From NCBI GenBank assembly GCA_964016885.1, contig OZ024745.1, positions 16,802,001 through 16,866,000 of the forward strand: a DNA stretch of 64,000 nt, read 5' to 3'. A program made the translations under genes and the position numbers. Position 1 is the first letter of the stretch. The number at the start of each line of letters is the position of its first letter. Below the pieces are notes generated by a model. That model had not been told where the DNA came from. It searched no databases and saw only the letters and a program-made list of their open reading frames with translations. This stretch comes from Eledone cirrhosa (lineage: Eukaryota). Positions 14,556 to 29,764 of the stretch are shown in pieces.

Positions 14556-14789
14556 TACTATAATTGCCATTCACACATAAATAGTTTAGCATAAATAATA
14601 TGATGTTGGTATATATTTGATGCTACCTAATAGTGTACTATTATCGTTACAGTTTCTGTCCCAAAAAGAATGAATTCACATCGTAGAATGGAGACATTAA
14701 ATGCAGAAATTTTATCTATTGTTTATGCTGACAAATTATTAGTTATTATTTCCATTTAATTACTAACAAAGCGACATTTCTTGGCAAAG

Positions 14790-14982
14790 ATTACTGTTGG
14801 TTTCATCGACCCAAAATAGAGTCACGACAGAAGTAGAACATTTTGTTGATTTCTCTGACTACAACGACGAGGAAAGTGCAGAAGAAGGAACTCCGCGAGG
14901 TAGAATGATAGATGTATCACAAAATACTGGCTCTTCTTCCAGACAACGCTTTCACCATCCTGTCAGTGTGACTCAGTTGTGA
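14790..14982 (+). CDS. candidate terminal coding exon of an unidentified host gene
   Basis: TACTAAC (14761-14767) lies ~22 nt before AG (14788-14789). Non-repetitive frame LLLVSSTQNRVTTEVEHFVDFSDYNDEESAEEGTPRGRMIDVSQNTGSSSRQRFHHPVSVTQL*. No partner exons found. Confidence 0.35.
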
Positions 14983-15449
14983 TATGCTGTCTAATCAAGG
15001 GGTTTAAAATTTGCCCAATACTTTTTCTATTTTCCTTTTCCCTATTCGTTTCTGAGCTTTCTATTCCTTTTGACATAATATAAAAGTATTTTATATTAAA
15101 AAAAAAGAAACATACAGTAGAAAAGTAAAAATGCTGGATCTATCAACGATCAGTAAGAAATAAGTCCATTACCTTTCGTTCTTGTCGACTTATGCAATAT
15201 TCATATTTCATAAGTAACACCAATCAAATATGAAAAAAACCTTGCTGTCAATAATCTCGGGAACGTGATGTTGGGGACAATATAAAACAGAAAGAAACAA
15301 AACAGAATCTGGTTTATATACCATACTAAATGATAATGGTTCCTGATTTAGGCACAAGTCGAATAATTCGGACGAGGGTAAAGTCGATTTAATTGACCCC
15401 CACTTGGTTACTGCTATTTTATTTAAATGTTATGAAGACATATATTTAG

Positions 15450-15640
15450 ATAATTGTTTCTACTTTTGGCACAAGGCCAGCAATTATCCAGTACATTACT
15501 GGTACTTTATTTTATTGATCCCGTAAGGATGAAAGTCAAAGTTGACCTCGGCGGGATTTGAACTCATAATGGAAAGGACCGTAACTCTATGCGTCAAAGC
15601 ATGACGTCCGACCCTCTACCGATACTGCCAATCCACCGCC
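15450..15640 (-). mobile_element. MetaSINE-like SINE copy
   Basis: Full copy; flanks share TATAT(T)TAGATAAT. Confidence 0.85.
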
Positions 15641-16642
15641 CTATATATATTAGATAATCATACATTTTCCATCTGTTAAGTCAAAGTGTATTTAGTCCTT
15701 CGATCAGCTGAATTATGAACTCGTGAATTAACGTATAAAGTCTACAGATACGTGTAACCACGAAATTTCCAAACTAAATCACCATAAAATAATACGTGAC
15801 CTGTATGGACCTTTCAATTACTTACAGAGTTCCACACGTTTTAGTTCCTTTAACAAGGCTTCGGTATAATATTAAACTGTATTCAGTGCGACATTTCAGG
15901 AGCTGTGGGGAATGTTGTTATCACTCCAAATTCTGCTCTGGTCCGGAGCAGTAGTACCTGTTAGGGCCCCATTTATGGGTTTAATAATTACCTTACTCGA
16001 ATGAAGCCGGTAAGGTATTATCAGCCATCGATAAGAACTATGTAGAGTATGATTAACAGAACTACGGTTAGAGCCTCTAACTACACTGCCACGGATCAGT
16101 TAGGTCGTTATGACTCTGCTGGTTTAGAGCCGCAGGCAGGGCCAGTGGATGTTGAATGGGCTGTCTCTGAGACACAACAGCGAAAAAAAAAATCTCGGGA
16201 AATGAAAATTGCGAAGGGAACTTCTTAACAGCTCAGTCATGATTGCTTTCACCAACCAATAGAAGACCACAGACATAAAGTACACAATGAAATCGAAATA
16301 TTATTTTATATCAGCTAAGTGGGCGTTAATAACATCAATAAAATATTTGTTCAAGGGATATAAATATTTGTGAGAAATGAGGGTCGAGTACTCCTGTATG
16401 ATTTAGTCTTATATGCCAGCACTGGTACAGTGTAGAACATATTTCTTTATTCAATATCTAGCAAAGTGTGTAAAGCTAGTATGCAGCGCTTATATTTATC
16501 TAAACTAGACGTAATATTTCTAAAAGACTTATTTTACCGCTATTCTGATTGAGCTGATATTCTATTTGAAAATACCTTTCGAAAAGTTGCTTTACCTGTT
16601 GCTACGATAGTTGTTGTTTTATGGCACGTCAAACTTGTGCAT

Positions 16643-16834
16643 AATAATTGTTTCTACTTTTGGCACAAGGCCAGCAATTATTCCAGTGCATTACTGATAC
16701 TTTATTTTATCGACCCCGTAAGGATGAAAGGCAAAGTTAATCTCGGCAGGATTTGAACTCAGAATGGCAAGGGCCGTAACTCTATGCGACAAAGCATTGT
16801 GTCCGACCCCCTACCGATACTGCCAATCCACCGC
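16643..16834 (-). mobile_element. MetaSINE-like SINE copy with target-site duplication
   Basis: Full copy flanked by GCATAATAAT (16639-16648, 16833-16842). Confidence 0.85.
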
Positions 16835-17247
16835 ATAATAATGCGGCTGTGAATTGATTGAGCAGTTAGAGTGTATGAAAAATGTTTTGGGGGGTTTGAT
16901 TCAACACTTTGTTCTCTAACTTCAAATGAAACCAATGTCAACTTTGCCTTTGTGATAGATACATTAAAATACCCTCCTGGTGGTAGATTTGTGTAAGCGA
17001 GTTGGATGAGAGGTTACGTAGTATTTGTACGTGGCCTTGTATTCTGAAATATTCAGGGGCCGAATTAATCCGTAATTTGGTTTAATAAAATCGACTAGCT
17101 CTACCGTTAGCCGAGTTAGGCTCTAAACGAAGAATAACGGTCATGTACACTGCCTCTTTCTAATTAGATAGTTAAACAAACAACGTGTTCTAGTCGAGAC
17201 CGATTCATCAGTTTATATATCAGAGAATGCATTTTCAAATGCTTCCA

Positions 17248-17428
17248 GGCAGTATCGGTAGAGGGTCGGACGCCATGCTTTGACGCATAGAGTTACGGCC
17301 CTTACCATTCAGATTTCAAATCTCGCCGAGGTTAACTTTGCCTTTCATCCTAATGGGTTCGATAAAATAAAGTCCCAGTAATGCACTGGGCAATTGCTGG
17401 CCTTGTGCCAAACGTAGTAACAATTATT
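17248..17428 (+). mobile_element. MetaSINE-like SINE copy
   Basis: GGCAGTATCGGTAGAGGGTCGGACGCCATGCTTTGACGCATAGAG...GCCAAACGTAGTAACAATTATT. Confidence 0.85.
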
Positions 17429-18002
17429 ACGTAAAAGAAAGCAGTGTTAAGTGAGGGAGATTCGGTTGTGTTTTGTAGCAAGCAGCACGACATATACGTT
17501 TGATCATTCACCGTAATACTTATTTGTATGAAGCGTCTGTTTAGCAGTTCAAATGTCTCTAAATATTCCCCATTTAGAAGTTAGTTATGTAGAGCTTCGT
17601 TTATATAAACATAATCATAAATATAGATGAAAAATTATTAATAGATACATATTCTTCGTTTGAAAATACTGTTTACAGGTGTCGCTTTCTGGCGTAATTC
17701 GCACGGTGATCTTAACTAATGGCATCTCTATCAGAATATGTTGCCATTAGCTTTGAAGCATCACATTGTAAGGCTTTTCAGCCTAATTATCAGAGAACGA
17801 TTTCTTATTGGGATATTTAAAAGTGCTGAGATCTCCTCTTTTTCCCCCTTCTCTACAACCTATTCTACCATTAACAATCTAGGAACGTAAAATTATAGAG
17901 CTATAGAAATGATATAGTTATACATTAAATAGAAATACATAAACACATTTATATATATCATCACCATCGGATCTGCTTCATATATATAGTTATGATATAT
18001 AC

Positions 18003-18074
<72 letters not shown>

Positions 18075-18188
18075 TTAAAGTACTTATACATACGTAGAAT
18101 GCACAATTATACAAAAGTATATAATTGCACAAAAAATATGTAAATACTGATAAAAGTGCGAATAGGAAAAGGAAATGATACAACGCAT

Positions 18189-18263
<75 letters not shown>

Positions 18264-18643
18264 TGTGTGTGTGCGTGTGCGCATGTGTTTATATCCATAG
18301 AATATATCATTTTCTAAATATCTGTTCCCCGCTCTCTCTGTTTTTGAATATATATACATATATATACATATGAATATGTATATATATATATTGAAAGAAT
18401 AACTATGTTGCTTGTGTTTATTTCCATCTTCGGTTAGCTTCCCCCTGTGTTGTTTACTTGTCTCACTCGCTTTACGCGTTTCTATTGTCGTAATAACTTA
18501 TTTTAGTTATTATCGCTCCAACGTGAGGTATATGATTTTTAATGCGATGAAATACCCATGATCGTTTGGTAATTCACTGATGAGGGACTCATTTTATAAC
18601 ATGTTATCCATGTGCAACCAGCAGTATTCTTCTCACCCATATT

Positions 18644-18702
<59 letters not shown>

Positions 18703-19484
18703 CATACATATTCATATGTATCTATGAACCACTAAGAAGTAAGTACAATGTAACATATCTCGTAGAATTGGAATTTTGCAGATTTAGATTTAAAAAAATA
18801 GGTGATTGTAGAAGGAAACCTTATTTCTGATTAGATGCGGTATATCTGAAAATAGTTCCCGTTCTACCCTGACTTTCTAAAACATGGTAACATATGCTAA
18901 AGCAAAGCAGGACGTATGTACGTATAGACTTCCGTACGAAAGCAACAGTAAATGATAGCAAAGATCACTTCACAGATTTATTCAAGTATATACAATAATA
19001 TTGTAATATACGTTGGATATGGATGATATTAAGTTATATTAAGTTATATAACGTAGACAAGAAATACCCGGAAACACTGTTATATAAAGTACACATATTT
19101 ATTGGGGGATTTTATTGATAATGATTCATTTTAAAAATATATGAGTTATAAACTACGTCAACACATCAACCCTAAAGCACGATCATGTCTTGTTAAGTTT
19201 GTTGTTCCATACATTCTATAGTTTAACTAAGAGTTTTAACATCAATGTTAACTACCAACAGAGGGTGATTAAATATTAAAATAAAATGAAAACACTAACT
19301 TCATGCTAGATAAAGATGCAAAGATAATATTATTAGAACAAACACAAACTTAGAAATAATTAGTAATTAATGAACTAGCATGGTGAACTACACACAGGAA
19401 TGGAATAAATGGTTATGAGAGTCTAGCGTCGACTTATTAGAGTAACACTTAAACCTGAGCTAAATGCCGAACAACAGTAATATA

Positions 19485-19551
<67 letters not shown>

Positions 19552-20035
19552 GAGTACTTACTATTTCAGTAATAATTTAGAGGTACAATATGCTGAAATG
19601 GAAATTAAATGAATTAGCAAGACTACTACATAGGAAAACGAAAAAAATAATTACTATATTGAGAATAATTAACGACCATATAAATGGAATACAATAGCCA
19701 CGAATAAATGGAAGTAAGGGTTTTGTATGTGTTGAAAATTATTTTAAAATACTGGGGAAGCTAAAATAAATAAAAAAAGATACTAGTTCAAATAAGCAAA
19801 ATCATGAAAAGCCTTCCACACAAACATACATAAGCACATATGCATACACATACACACACATAATCCAAAGAAGCTGCTTTTGCTGTGTATCTATGGAAAC
19901 ATTTTGCTGTTCTAACAACTTCCATACGCCGAGTTTTCCCATTTCCCTGAGAATCCTAATAACTCGCCTCTCAAAACTATATTTTCGAGTCAATTTTATA
20001 TATATATATATACACACATACACAAATACAGAAAT

Positions 20036-20146
<111 letters not shown>

Positions 20147-20235
20147 ATTACTCTGTCGGGTACTTGGCTGCACTGCTGAAAATATTCGTCGGCTTAGCTG
20201 ACGCTCTGGCTTCGAATATGCTGTACTTCCATTTG

Positions 20236-20326
<91 letters not shown>

Positions 20327-20431
20327 GTGTGTATATGTTAATATAAATACATGTATATGTATGCATATATACACACACATATATACATATATATATCCAT
20401 ATCCATCTCTCTTTCTCTCTCTCTGTCTGTC

Positions 20432-20475
<44 letters not shown>

Positions 20476-22116
20476 CACACACAAATTTATACACATTTCA
20501 TATCTATAAATCTCCCTCTTCATGATGGCTATTTAAAGGTTCCTTTTGTGGAGGGGGATTGGGAGATGCTTGCATACGTTATGTAATCGTGAATATATTT
20601 GATATTGGCTGATATAATTACGTTTTAGAAAATAATTTCAAGTTGCATTTTTATAGCAAACTCGTGATGTATGGTATATGAAATCAATTGCAAGATATTT
20701 AGACGACCTCACGATATTTTCCTGGCGTTGCCTATGGTTATTTGCTAATGGCATATTTCCATTTCAAGCATTTGGTAAATATTTTTTTTAATTTTCATTT
20801 TATACAATTAATATCTACAGGGCGTTTTAAGCAGTTTCTCATTTGTTTTATTTTCTTTTTCAATCTGCAAGGGATTTATAAACACAATTATTTTTCTTTA
20901 TTGACATTTTCTATATTTCAGCTAGAATACCCAACGTTATTCCACGATATGCCAAATTTACATCAATTTACATGTTATTTTACATTTTTCTGAACAAATA
21001 ATATCCATAAATCTGCAATTTACGAGAAGTAAATCTTGAAACATAAACCACACATACATCTCTGAGTTGGAACGTATTTTTGCGATACAAAATACATACA
21101 TATACATAGATTCCTCTAACTATTCCATCGAACTGCGCAAATGACATATATACACAACATTACCATCCACACACAGGCACACGCAAGCTGTTACATGCAA
21201 CTATACATTCAACACCCACATACAATAATGATTTCGTCGAAGACTATGTATGAGGGATATCGTACTTAAGACTTTTTTGTTTACCACCAATAAGTTTTCT
21301 AGATGAAGGATGCTACAGCTGAGAATACTCAATAAATCAACTTATTGCTATATCGGTTTTATAGGGGAATGAAGCTATTAACCCCATGACGGAATTTCCA
21401 TTAGAAAAGAAGCTACAATTCCTAGTATTATATAATGTTGGAGACGTAACGATCGAACGATGACACATCCTGTTATTAATGCGAAATTTTACACCCCAGC
21501 ATTGTGTTAGGTACAAGTTAAAAAAAGGATAAAACAAATACTGTTAATGACTTATGAGTTCCTTTGTGAGATCCACTAAGAATCGGTCTTTAATCAGACC
21601 AGTAAGGTGATGTAAACACACTGCCACACACACTGCTAATCATCCAACTACGATAGAAGATTCTCCTCCCACGTGACGATTTCGTAATGTGGACAGAAAT
21701 CGCTACAACTAGAATAGATAAGCCAGTAATGTTTATGCTAGAGCTTCATCCAGCAGAAAATCGGGGAATTGGATGTCGCATACTCCATTAATTGACAGGT
21801 TGAAGCTCCCAAACAGTCAAATTACTGGTGTTCTTCGATAGGTTTCTTGTTGAACACATACCAGTGAAAGTATCTGGCGTCTTGGGGCTCCGAACAAACT
21901 TCTTACTGTGTCGGGAGCGAGATTGCTATCCGCAAGAACACGTCTCGCTAATTGGTTTTCCACCTTCAGCACATAACCCTCACTTAACAATACTGCAGCT
22001 GTCCCATAACCTCAACTAGTTCCCTGTTGTCACTGATATCTGCACCCCTTAGCACAGGTTTTCAGAGGGTACACACCAAAGTGATTAACATCTAATGAGT
22101 CTACTCATATATATAT

Positions 22117-22256
22117 GCGCATGGCTTAGTGGATAGAGCATTGGGCTTGCAATAGAAAGGTTGTGAGTTCAATTCTCGGACCGGGTGATGTGTTGTTTCC
22201 TTGAGCAAGACACTTCATTTCACGTTGCTCCAGTTTAGTCAGCTGTGGAAATGAGA
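22117..22256 (+). mobile_element. tRNA-derived SINE with CORE-like domain
   Basis: A box TGGCTTAGTGG, B box GAGTTCAATTC, then TTCCTTGAGCAAGACACTT resembling the CORE motif CCTTGGGCAAGTCACTT. Confidence 0.7.
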
Positions 22257-24525
22257 TGCATAGGTGTGAGCTGTCACACACTCACACACACAGTCTACTC
22301 ATATATAACATTATCGTCTTTTGAAAACGAATGCGTTGTATTTGCACAACTTTCCCTCTTCTACGTAAATACTCAACTCAAGTATTCTCTGACATGTCAT
22401 ATTGAAAACAGTAATACGTTCTCTGGTGACTCACTCTCTATATCATACACTCTAACATAGAAATCTCCTTTCACTTTTGTATATATGCCACCCTTTCTCT
22501 GACACACACACACACGCTCTCGCTAACAACTTTCAGGTCGCTCTCTGTATCTGTCTTTCTCCCCTCCCCTCTCTCTCTATATATATATATTTCAAATTTC
22601 CTGGGAGAGTTGGTATCGGAATTCCCATATAATCCATCCATTGTTTTCCACATCTATCCTACTAGTTTGTGAGCAATGAAAGATTTCAATTTCATATCCC
22701 CTCTTATTTCCTCTATTCACCGTTGTCATCTACCTCCTTTCTCTCTGAAATGAATATTCATGAGTTCAGCCTCATCATTAAACACCCTATTCATCATATA
22801 TGTATCACATACGTGACAGTATATGTATCACAATAATCACAACATCAAGATATTATAATTAGTCATGAAACTGCAACGCTTACAATCATTACAGGAATAT
22901 CGCAGTCGGAATTCACAGATTTAATAATAATCCAATGTGAACAAACGTCTTATATTCTTATCGTACCGAAATATTTGTCCTCACATTAAACCTTTGCTTT
23001 TATCTAATATAGTGAAAGAATCATGCTAAAATAACAAACCCGGTTATCTTTAACACACCCATTTGCTTTTAACACAGTTATATGTATTACATGATCTAAA
23101 AATAAAAGAATTTAGAAGATAATTGGCCATGCTTTTCCTCAAATTAGTTAATGAAATTTTGGGAAAATGTGAGACGATAGCAATGAAATGTGGGAATGTA
23201 ATAGCGTGGGAAAATGAATAAAAAACACTCCCTAAAACGGACGAAGATCTGGTTAAACTGGTCAAGTTCAATGAGACCTGTGTCATTTAAGTTTTAGAAG
23301 TGACAAGGATATTGTTGAAAATATAATTAGAATACTGAAACCAATTTTAATTCATTTATCTGTTTCCTGTTTTCAGTTTTATTGCGCATTTAGAATAACT
23401 TCACATATGATCTGAAAGGTTTCGATATCTGACCCCCACCTCGTGAAAAATGACAATTATTTTGAAATGAGTAATCTCACATAAGTTGCTTTAACTGTCG
23501 TTGTATTTCGTTTGATCAGAGTTAGGTAACAACTATCCCCACATCTATTGACGTTTGTAGATTCAGATTGATATAAGTTAATTAAATGTGGAGTATTTAG
23601 CTAAAGTAACAACAAGCTGATTCACCTAATAACTTAGGTGATTTACACTTACTGTTGCGTTAAGAATTCTTTCAACTCGTTTACGCTCACTTCACATTAT
23701 ATTTGTAGTTGCTTTTATTTTCAATATATTAATTCGTATATAGACTATAAAACAATGTCTTTGAAGAGATCATCATGTATATGAAGAACATTAACGCTAT
23801 TAGATTTTAATTAATATATTGTAAGACACAGAGTGAGTTAGATTATTCAATATTTTCCCCGGTCTAATTCACTTACGAAGTTCAAAGAACATTCAACCCA
23901 TAATGAGGGATAAGGAACGAAAGTAAAATAGTATTTAAAATTCTCTGACAGTAATATTCTATACAGACAAAATAAAATAACCCTGATGTTTACTGTAAGG
24001 AAATTATTACATTGATTCTGATGATTTCGCTAACTGAATGGTTCACTGCATATGATTAAGCTTTTGATATAACTTAATACGTTCTCTGATCGTTTAGTCA
24101 TAAAATGTTTGGATCAAAGTTTCCTTAAATCTGATGAATAGTACAATAGTTTATGAGGTCAATATTCAATTGTTTTATTCGTTCTGTGAAGATAATATAT
24201 TTTATGTATTGAGGCACGGAAGAATAAGTGTACAATACATGATTTTACTTTTTGTTCTTGTCATTTACAGAGTATTGTTTTGATACTCTATTACATTCAG
24301 TGAAATTTGTTGTAGAAGATTATGTTGGATCCGATTAAAGAAGCATTCAGAATATATTGATTACTATTTTATCGATTTGGAGAGATTAAAAGCAAAACAA
24401 CTTTCTCAACCAAGCTAGAAATCAGAATCTAAATGGAAGCAACTAAATGCTGAAAGCGTCCTTATCGGAACTTCGACATTTGAATTAAATGCTGCTACAA
24501 CCATACCACCACCACCACCACCACC

Positions 24526-24557
<32 letters not shown>

Positions 24558-24879
24558 AAGGGTATTTAATTTGTTTATTTTTATATGCATTTCGATTCCT
24601 GTTGATGATAAAAACCACAAAGGAAGTTAAGGAAATATTAATATAGAAAGATTTTAAAACGGATGATAAGCTGGAATAGAAATAAGCCGGGTTCTGAAAG
24701 TAATAACACCGGTCATACGCCGATACGTTGATTGATGTGATTCTGTGATACAATCACAGAATACAGTGTACACAGCGAGACTAAGTTTATGTTTATTATG
24801 AATCCATGGTCCCGTAACTCACGTAGGAGTCGTAGGGGCACCGTATTGATATACAACCTTTTAAAACCTGTCGAAGCTC

Positions 24880-25140
24880 ATCTCTCTCCAGGCCTGGGTA
24901 CGACAGATTTCTTCCGGAGTCGGATGGAGAGAGTGAAAGAATGAAAGAGAGAAAAAGTTCAAGAGGAAGAATTGACCCCCATCCTCCAGTACTAGACTTG
25001 TACTTTTTTTTTTCTTGAACTCGAAAGGATGAAAGGCAAGTTGACCTCTGCAGGATTTATACTGAGAGGGCAGAGAATTGGAACGAATACCACAAATATT
25101 TCTATCCGACGGTCTAGCGTCTCTGTTAATTCACTGACTT
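24880..25140 (-). mobile_element. diverged SINE, second subfamily
   Basis: CTCTCCAGGCCTGGGTA...GAGGAAGAATTGACCCC..CAGTACTAGACTTGTAC..GGATGAAAGGCAAGTTGACCTCTGCAGGATTT. Confidence 0.65.
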
Positions 25141-26019
25141 CGTATGTTTATCATATTTAAGCATATTGTATAATTTCGATATATGCACTTGTGTTCCCCC
25201 TAAAACATTTCGATACATTATCAAGTGATATATTCCATATTATATACCATCGAGAAATCCTCAACACCGTAGTATATTGCAATGAATACGTATGTTATTT
25301 AGAATGATACGTCTTACTTCGCTGAACCGTTGTATTTGTTTGTAGCCACATTTCCATGCTAAAGTGTTATATCTAATAACACCAATATACTTGAAAAGAT
25401 CCAAGCTTGTGATACCTTTAACTGCCAGTCTGAAAAATTGAAGACACAACTCTTTCTTCTATATAATTACACACGACAATTTTATTTCCGTTAAATTAAT
25501 TATTACGTATGCTGTAACATGTCTTCAAACAAATAGGTTTCTATCTGATCATATGACCTATAAGAAATAGCATCCATATTCTTTGAAATATACCAAGTCT
25601 CTTCACAAACTGATGGTGGAGCGCTGCAGGAATTCCGTAAAAAGATCCTCGATAGCATACATCTGATGTTTAATTTAAATAGCAGATGTGGTACGACAAT
25701 ATGTTTTACATTTGAATTTTAAAACATCGATGGGAAAATACATTTATTTCAAAAATTTCGGAAAGCTTTTATTTTCTGTAAATATGAGAATATATAGCAT
25801 CACAACGCATGACTTAAAACACTATAGGTTAACCATTATAAAGTCAGGTAATAGTAAATTGCAAATTTATAATTAAATCGAGGAAAACCGCTTTCGATGT
25901 AAAATATTGTAATTCTAGTCTGTAACTGACCGAAGAAAAACAAAGAAAAACAAAAAGGATTCTGTGAATGTTTAGTTCATCAGGCTTTTATTATTTCAGA
26001 TGAGGGAAGGGCGATAGTT

Positions 26020-26523
26020 TTGCAGATTCGGTAGAGCGTCGATCAATATGCTTTGCGGCATAGAGTTCCGGCCTTTTATTTTCTGAGTACATATCTCGCC
26101 GAGGTTAACTTTGCCTTTCAATGGTTAGCGTTGTCTTTCATCCATACAGGCGTCGAATAAATAATGTACCAGTAATGCTCTGGGGTCAATGTAATCAACT
26201 TTCTCTTTTCCCAAATATTGCTGGCCTTGTGATTAAATTAGAAATCATTATTTAGTGTGGTAGATTCGGTTGTGCGTCGGACAATAACATTTGCGGTATA
26301 GTTACAGCATTTTTCTTTCTGAGTTCAAATCTCGTCAAGGTTAGCTCTACATTTCATCCTATTGGATAAACTATAGTGCTAGTAACGCCCGTGTGGCTAA
26401 AACAGAAACCATTATTTGAGATGAGGTTCACTTTGCCTTTCATCCTTATGGGGTCGATAAAATAAAGTAGCAGTAATGCACTGGGTGATTGCTGGTCTTG
26501 TGCCAAAAGTAGAAACAATTATT
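26020..26523 (+). mobile_element. tandem cluster of three SINE copies or fragments
   Basis: SINE-matching blocks at ~26020-26250, ~26255-26415 and 26423-26523. Confidence 0.7.
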
Positions 26524-27696
26524 TGAGATGAGTAAATAGATTTGGTAGGGATGTTAATAACAACAGGTTAGGTTTCTGAGACACTCGGTCTCAGGTCATA
26601 CAAATGATTGTTTCATAATATAGATGAATAGTTAGGATGCTACTAAATGTGCATAACTTTGATTCTGTTTAAACAGATCATGCACTTTGTTCAACGAGAA
26701 ACAAATGCGATCATTATGATATTTCATAAATAATGAAATGCATTATATAATGCATTCTTTTTTCACGCTTTTATAATTAATACGATCAAAGTGAATTCTT
26801 TCTTTGGAACGGAACCGAGAGTTCATGTCTTACAACAAGTATATTTCTGAACAACACGTATAATATTAGTATATATTTTATCTGAAATGAATTATGGGAA
26901 TTAAAGAGGCAATGGTGAAATTTTAATGAGAAACCTTGGTTTAAATATGGAAAATTATAGTATAATTTTTCTTCCTTGAAATTGGGATAAGTGTATGGCG
27001 CCTGAAGGGCGTTGGGTGGATACATTAGCTAATGAATAACACTAACTATTCATTGTGGGAAGGAGAAATGATTGAAATATGCGCCTGAAATATGTTTTGC
27101 AACGCAGAATGTAGTGTTTGTTGAATGTCTTACCCGTTTTCTGTAATCTATATAATGCTTTCCTCTTGTTTAAGAATGTAAAACATTGAGATTATATAAG
27201 ATGTGTAACTGAGAATTATTCCACATTACGATCATGAATTGAAACCCTATCAAATACGTTAGAGTTTTCAGAAATTAAATATTGTTATAAATACTTATAA
27301 TGCATGTATATCACTGATAAATCGTGAACATAATTTCTAAATATATTATAAGAAACATTGAATGAGCTGATATGGCTAAAAAAGTATTAGAGTATAATAA
27401 TGCAATCCATAGAATATGGAATCAATTATTTTTTTTCTTTATAAAACATTTTGACGGTCACCGCATTTTATTCTTGCATTTAATTCCTGCATTTAATTCC
27501 TATGTGTTGTAAAAAGATTGTATCTAACTTTCAAGTGGTATTCATCTGTAAGACTGTAATATTTATTAAATTGCAGGCATGGTATGTTGCTGCTTAAAAT
27601 GAAATAATATGAAACACAACATTAAATCTTCAAAGAGATGTTTTAGAAATATAAACGCACACACACGTACACACACACACACACACACACACACGT

Positions 27697-27779
<83 letters not shown>

Positions 27780-27807
27780 CAGAGAGAGAGAGAGAGAGAG
27801 AATGATA

Positions 27808-27852
<45 letters not shown>

Positions 27853-28126
27853 GTGTTTGGGTGTATGTGGGGTGAGAGTGTGTGTATATATATACGTATA
27901 TGTATTCAGAAGTAACTGCCAAGACAGCAAGTCCTATTCTAAGAATTAGAAGAATATAAGAAACATAAATGTTAGAAAGAACAATATGTACTATTAAATA
28001 TATGTTTTGATGTGCAAAAAATGGGGAAAAGGTGAAAAAAAATAGCAAAACCGGAGAGAGAGAAAGAGAGAAAGAGATAGATAGAGAGAGAGAGAGAGAG
28101 AGGAAAGAGAGAGAGAGGGAGAGAGA

Positions 28127-28187
<61 letters not shown>

Positions 28188-28604
28188 GGTGGGGTGGGGG
28201 TAAAAGTGTAGAGAGAGATAAGTGCTGTCTAAATCTTCCGGGTAAATGCATAAAATTCAAAGAATTGAACGTTGGAACGATGTAAAAGAAAAAAGAAATA
28301 TAAGGCAGTAACGGAGGATGTTTGCATTATAATAAAATATATAATATATATTATTATGACTGATTAGAAAAAATGAAAATAAAGAAATGTAACAGTAATT
28401 ATAGGAAAAGAAGAAATAGATGAGTGGCGTTTGTAACAATAGTTGAAATAGGGCCTGTGTCGGTGGTAGGGAACAAGAATATATTTCAAACAAGTATATA
28501 TATATATATATTGTGTATGTATGTATATATATATATATGTATATACGTACGTGTGTATGTATGTGTGTATGTATGTGTGTATGTATGTATTATGCATGCA
28601 TTAC

Positions 28605-28776
28605 AGTATCGGTAGAAGCGTCGGACGCCATGCTTTGACGCATAGAGTTACGGCCCTTGCCATTCTGAGTTCAAATCCCGCCGAGGTTAACTTTGCCTTT
28701 CATCATTACGGGGTCGCGATAAAATAAAATACCACTAATGTACTGGGTAACTTGTGCCAAAAGTATAAACAATTAT
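28605..28776 (+). mobile_element. MetaSINE-like SINE copy
   Basis: CAGTATCGGTAGAAGCGTCGGACGCCATGC...GAGTTCAAATCCCGCCGAGGTTAACTTTGCCTTTCATC. Confidence 0.85.
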
Positions 28777-28884
28777 GTACGTATGTATATGTACGTATCG
28801 TTGTATATAATAAATAGGTAAAATAGATAGAAAATAAAAAAAGAAAGCTTGTAGCAGCAGTATTGAGAGGAGAATTATTATGAA

Positions 28885-29125
28885 CCAGATGCTGGTCATG
28901 TGATAAGAATGGAAGATGGAAGTCTGGCTATATAGTTATTTTAAGTGGGGCTGACAAATGGAAAAAAAGGCCACGGCATAAACCACAGAAGCGGTTGAAG
29001 GATGTCATAAAAGACAATCTTAAAGCTCTGAAGATTGATATGGAGACAGGGAAATCCTGGCTGAATGCCGTACATCACGGAGAAAAAGCATCGAGTATGG
29101 ATGTGGTGTATTTGAGAAAAATGTG
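28885..29125 (+). mobile_element. RTE-clade LINE fragment
   Basis: AGHVIRMEDGSLAI*LF*VGLTNGKK/RPRHKPQKRLKDVIKDNLKALKID matches the RTE GHV.RM...G.R..G.P..R.KD motif. Confidence 0.8.
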
Positions 29126-29214
29126 AGTGGACCATGGTGTTTTGAAGTTTTATATGTATGTATATATGCATGCATGTATGTTTATATATATGCATGTACA
29201 CCACGAGAGCTATT

Positions 29215-29414
29215 NNNNNNNNNNNNNNNNNNNNNNNNNNNNNNNNNNNNNNNNNNNNNNNNNNNNNNNNNNNNNNNNNNNNNNNNNNNNNNNNNNNNNN
29301 NNNNNNNNNNNNNNNNNNNNNNNNNNNNNNNNNNNNNNNNNNNNNNNNNNNNNNNNNNNNNNNNNNNNNNNNNNNNNNNNNNNNNNNNNNNNNNNNNNNN
29401 NNNNNNNNNNNNNN
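29215..29414. other. assembly gap (200 N)
   Basis: Run of N. Confidence 0.99.
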
Positions 29415-29709
29415 TATCAGCAGTCACCAACGCTTAAAAGTCTACTCGCTCCACGTCACCAACGCAGTCGAAGGGGAAGGCAGGCGTCGATGAGGGCTTG
29501 GCCAAACACTATTCATGAACATCATCATTATCATCATCAGCAGCCACGGTTGGACTAAATATAGGAGTGTAACTTTTCCAGAATATGATGTAAGCTTAGT
29601 CGTTTTATGAGAGAAGGTTTTAGGAAGTTGTGGCGACATTTTACACCGTGAAGAAATATCTAATACAATATCTAAAATAACACCAACCACTTGTCATAGA
29701 TAACATATG

Positions 29710-29764
<55 letters not shown>

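Noticed and set aside
18576-18632. CTGATGA-containing hammerhead candidate; similar weak ones near 12805-12840(-), 4100-4135(-) and 7825-7870(-)
   Set aside because: Core or stem I is incomplete; could be decayed copies or chance matches in AT-rich DNA.
22117-22190. tRNA gene
   Set aside because: A and B boxes are present but there is no cloverleaf, and it runs into a SINE body.
29123-29558. ORFs spanning the N run
   Set aside because: Artefacts of the assembly gap.
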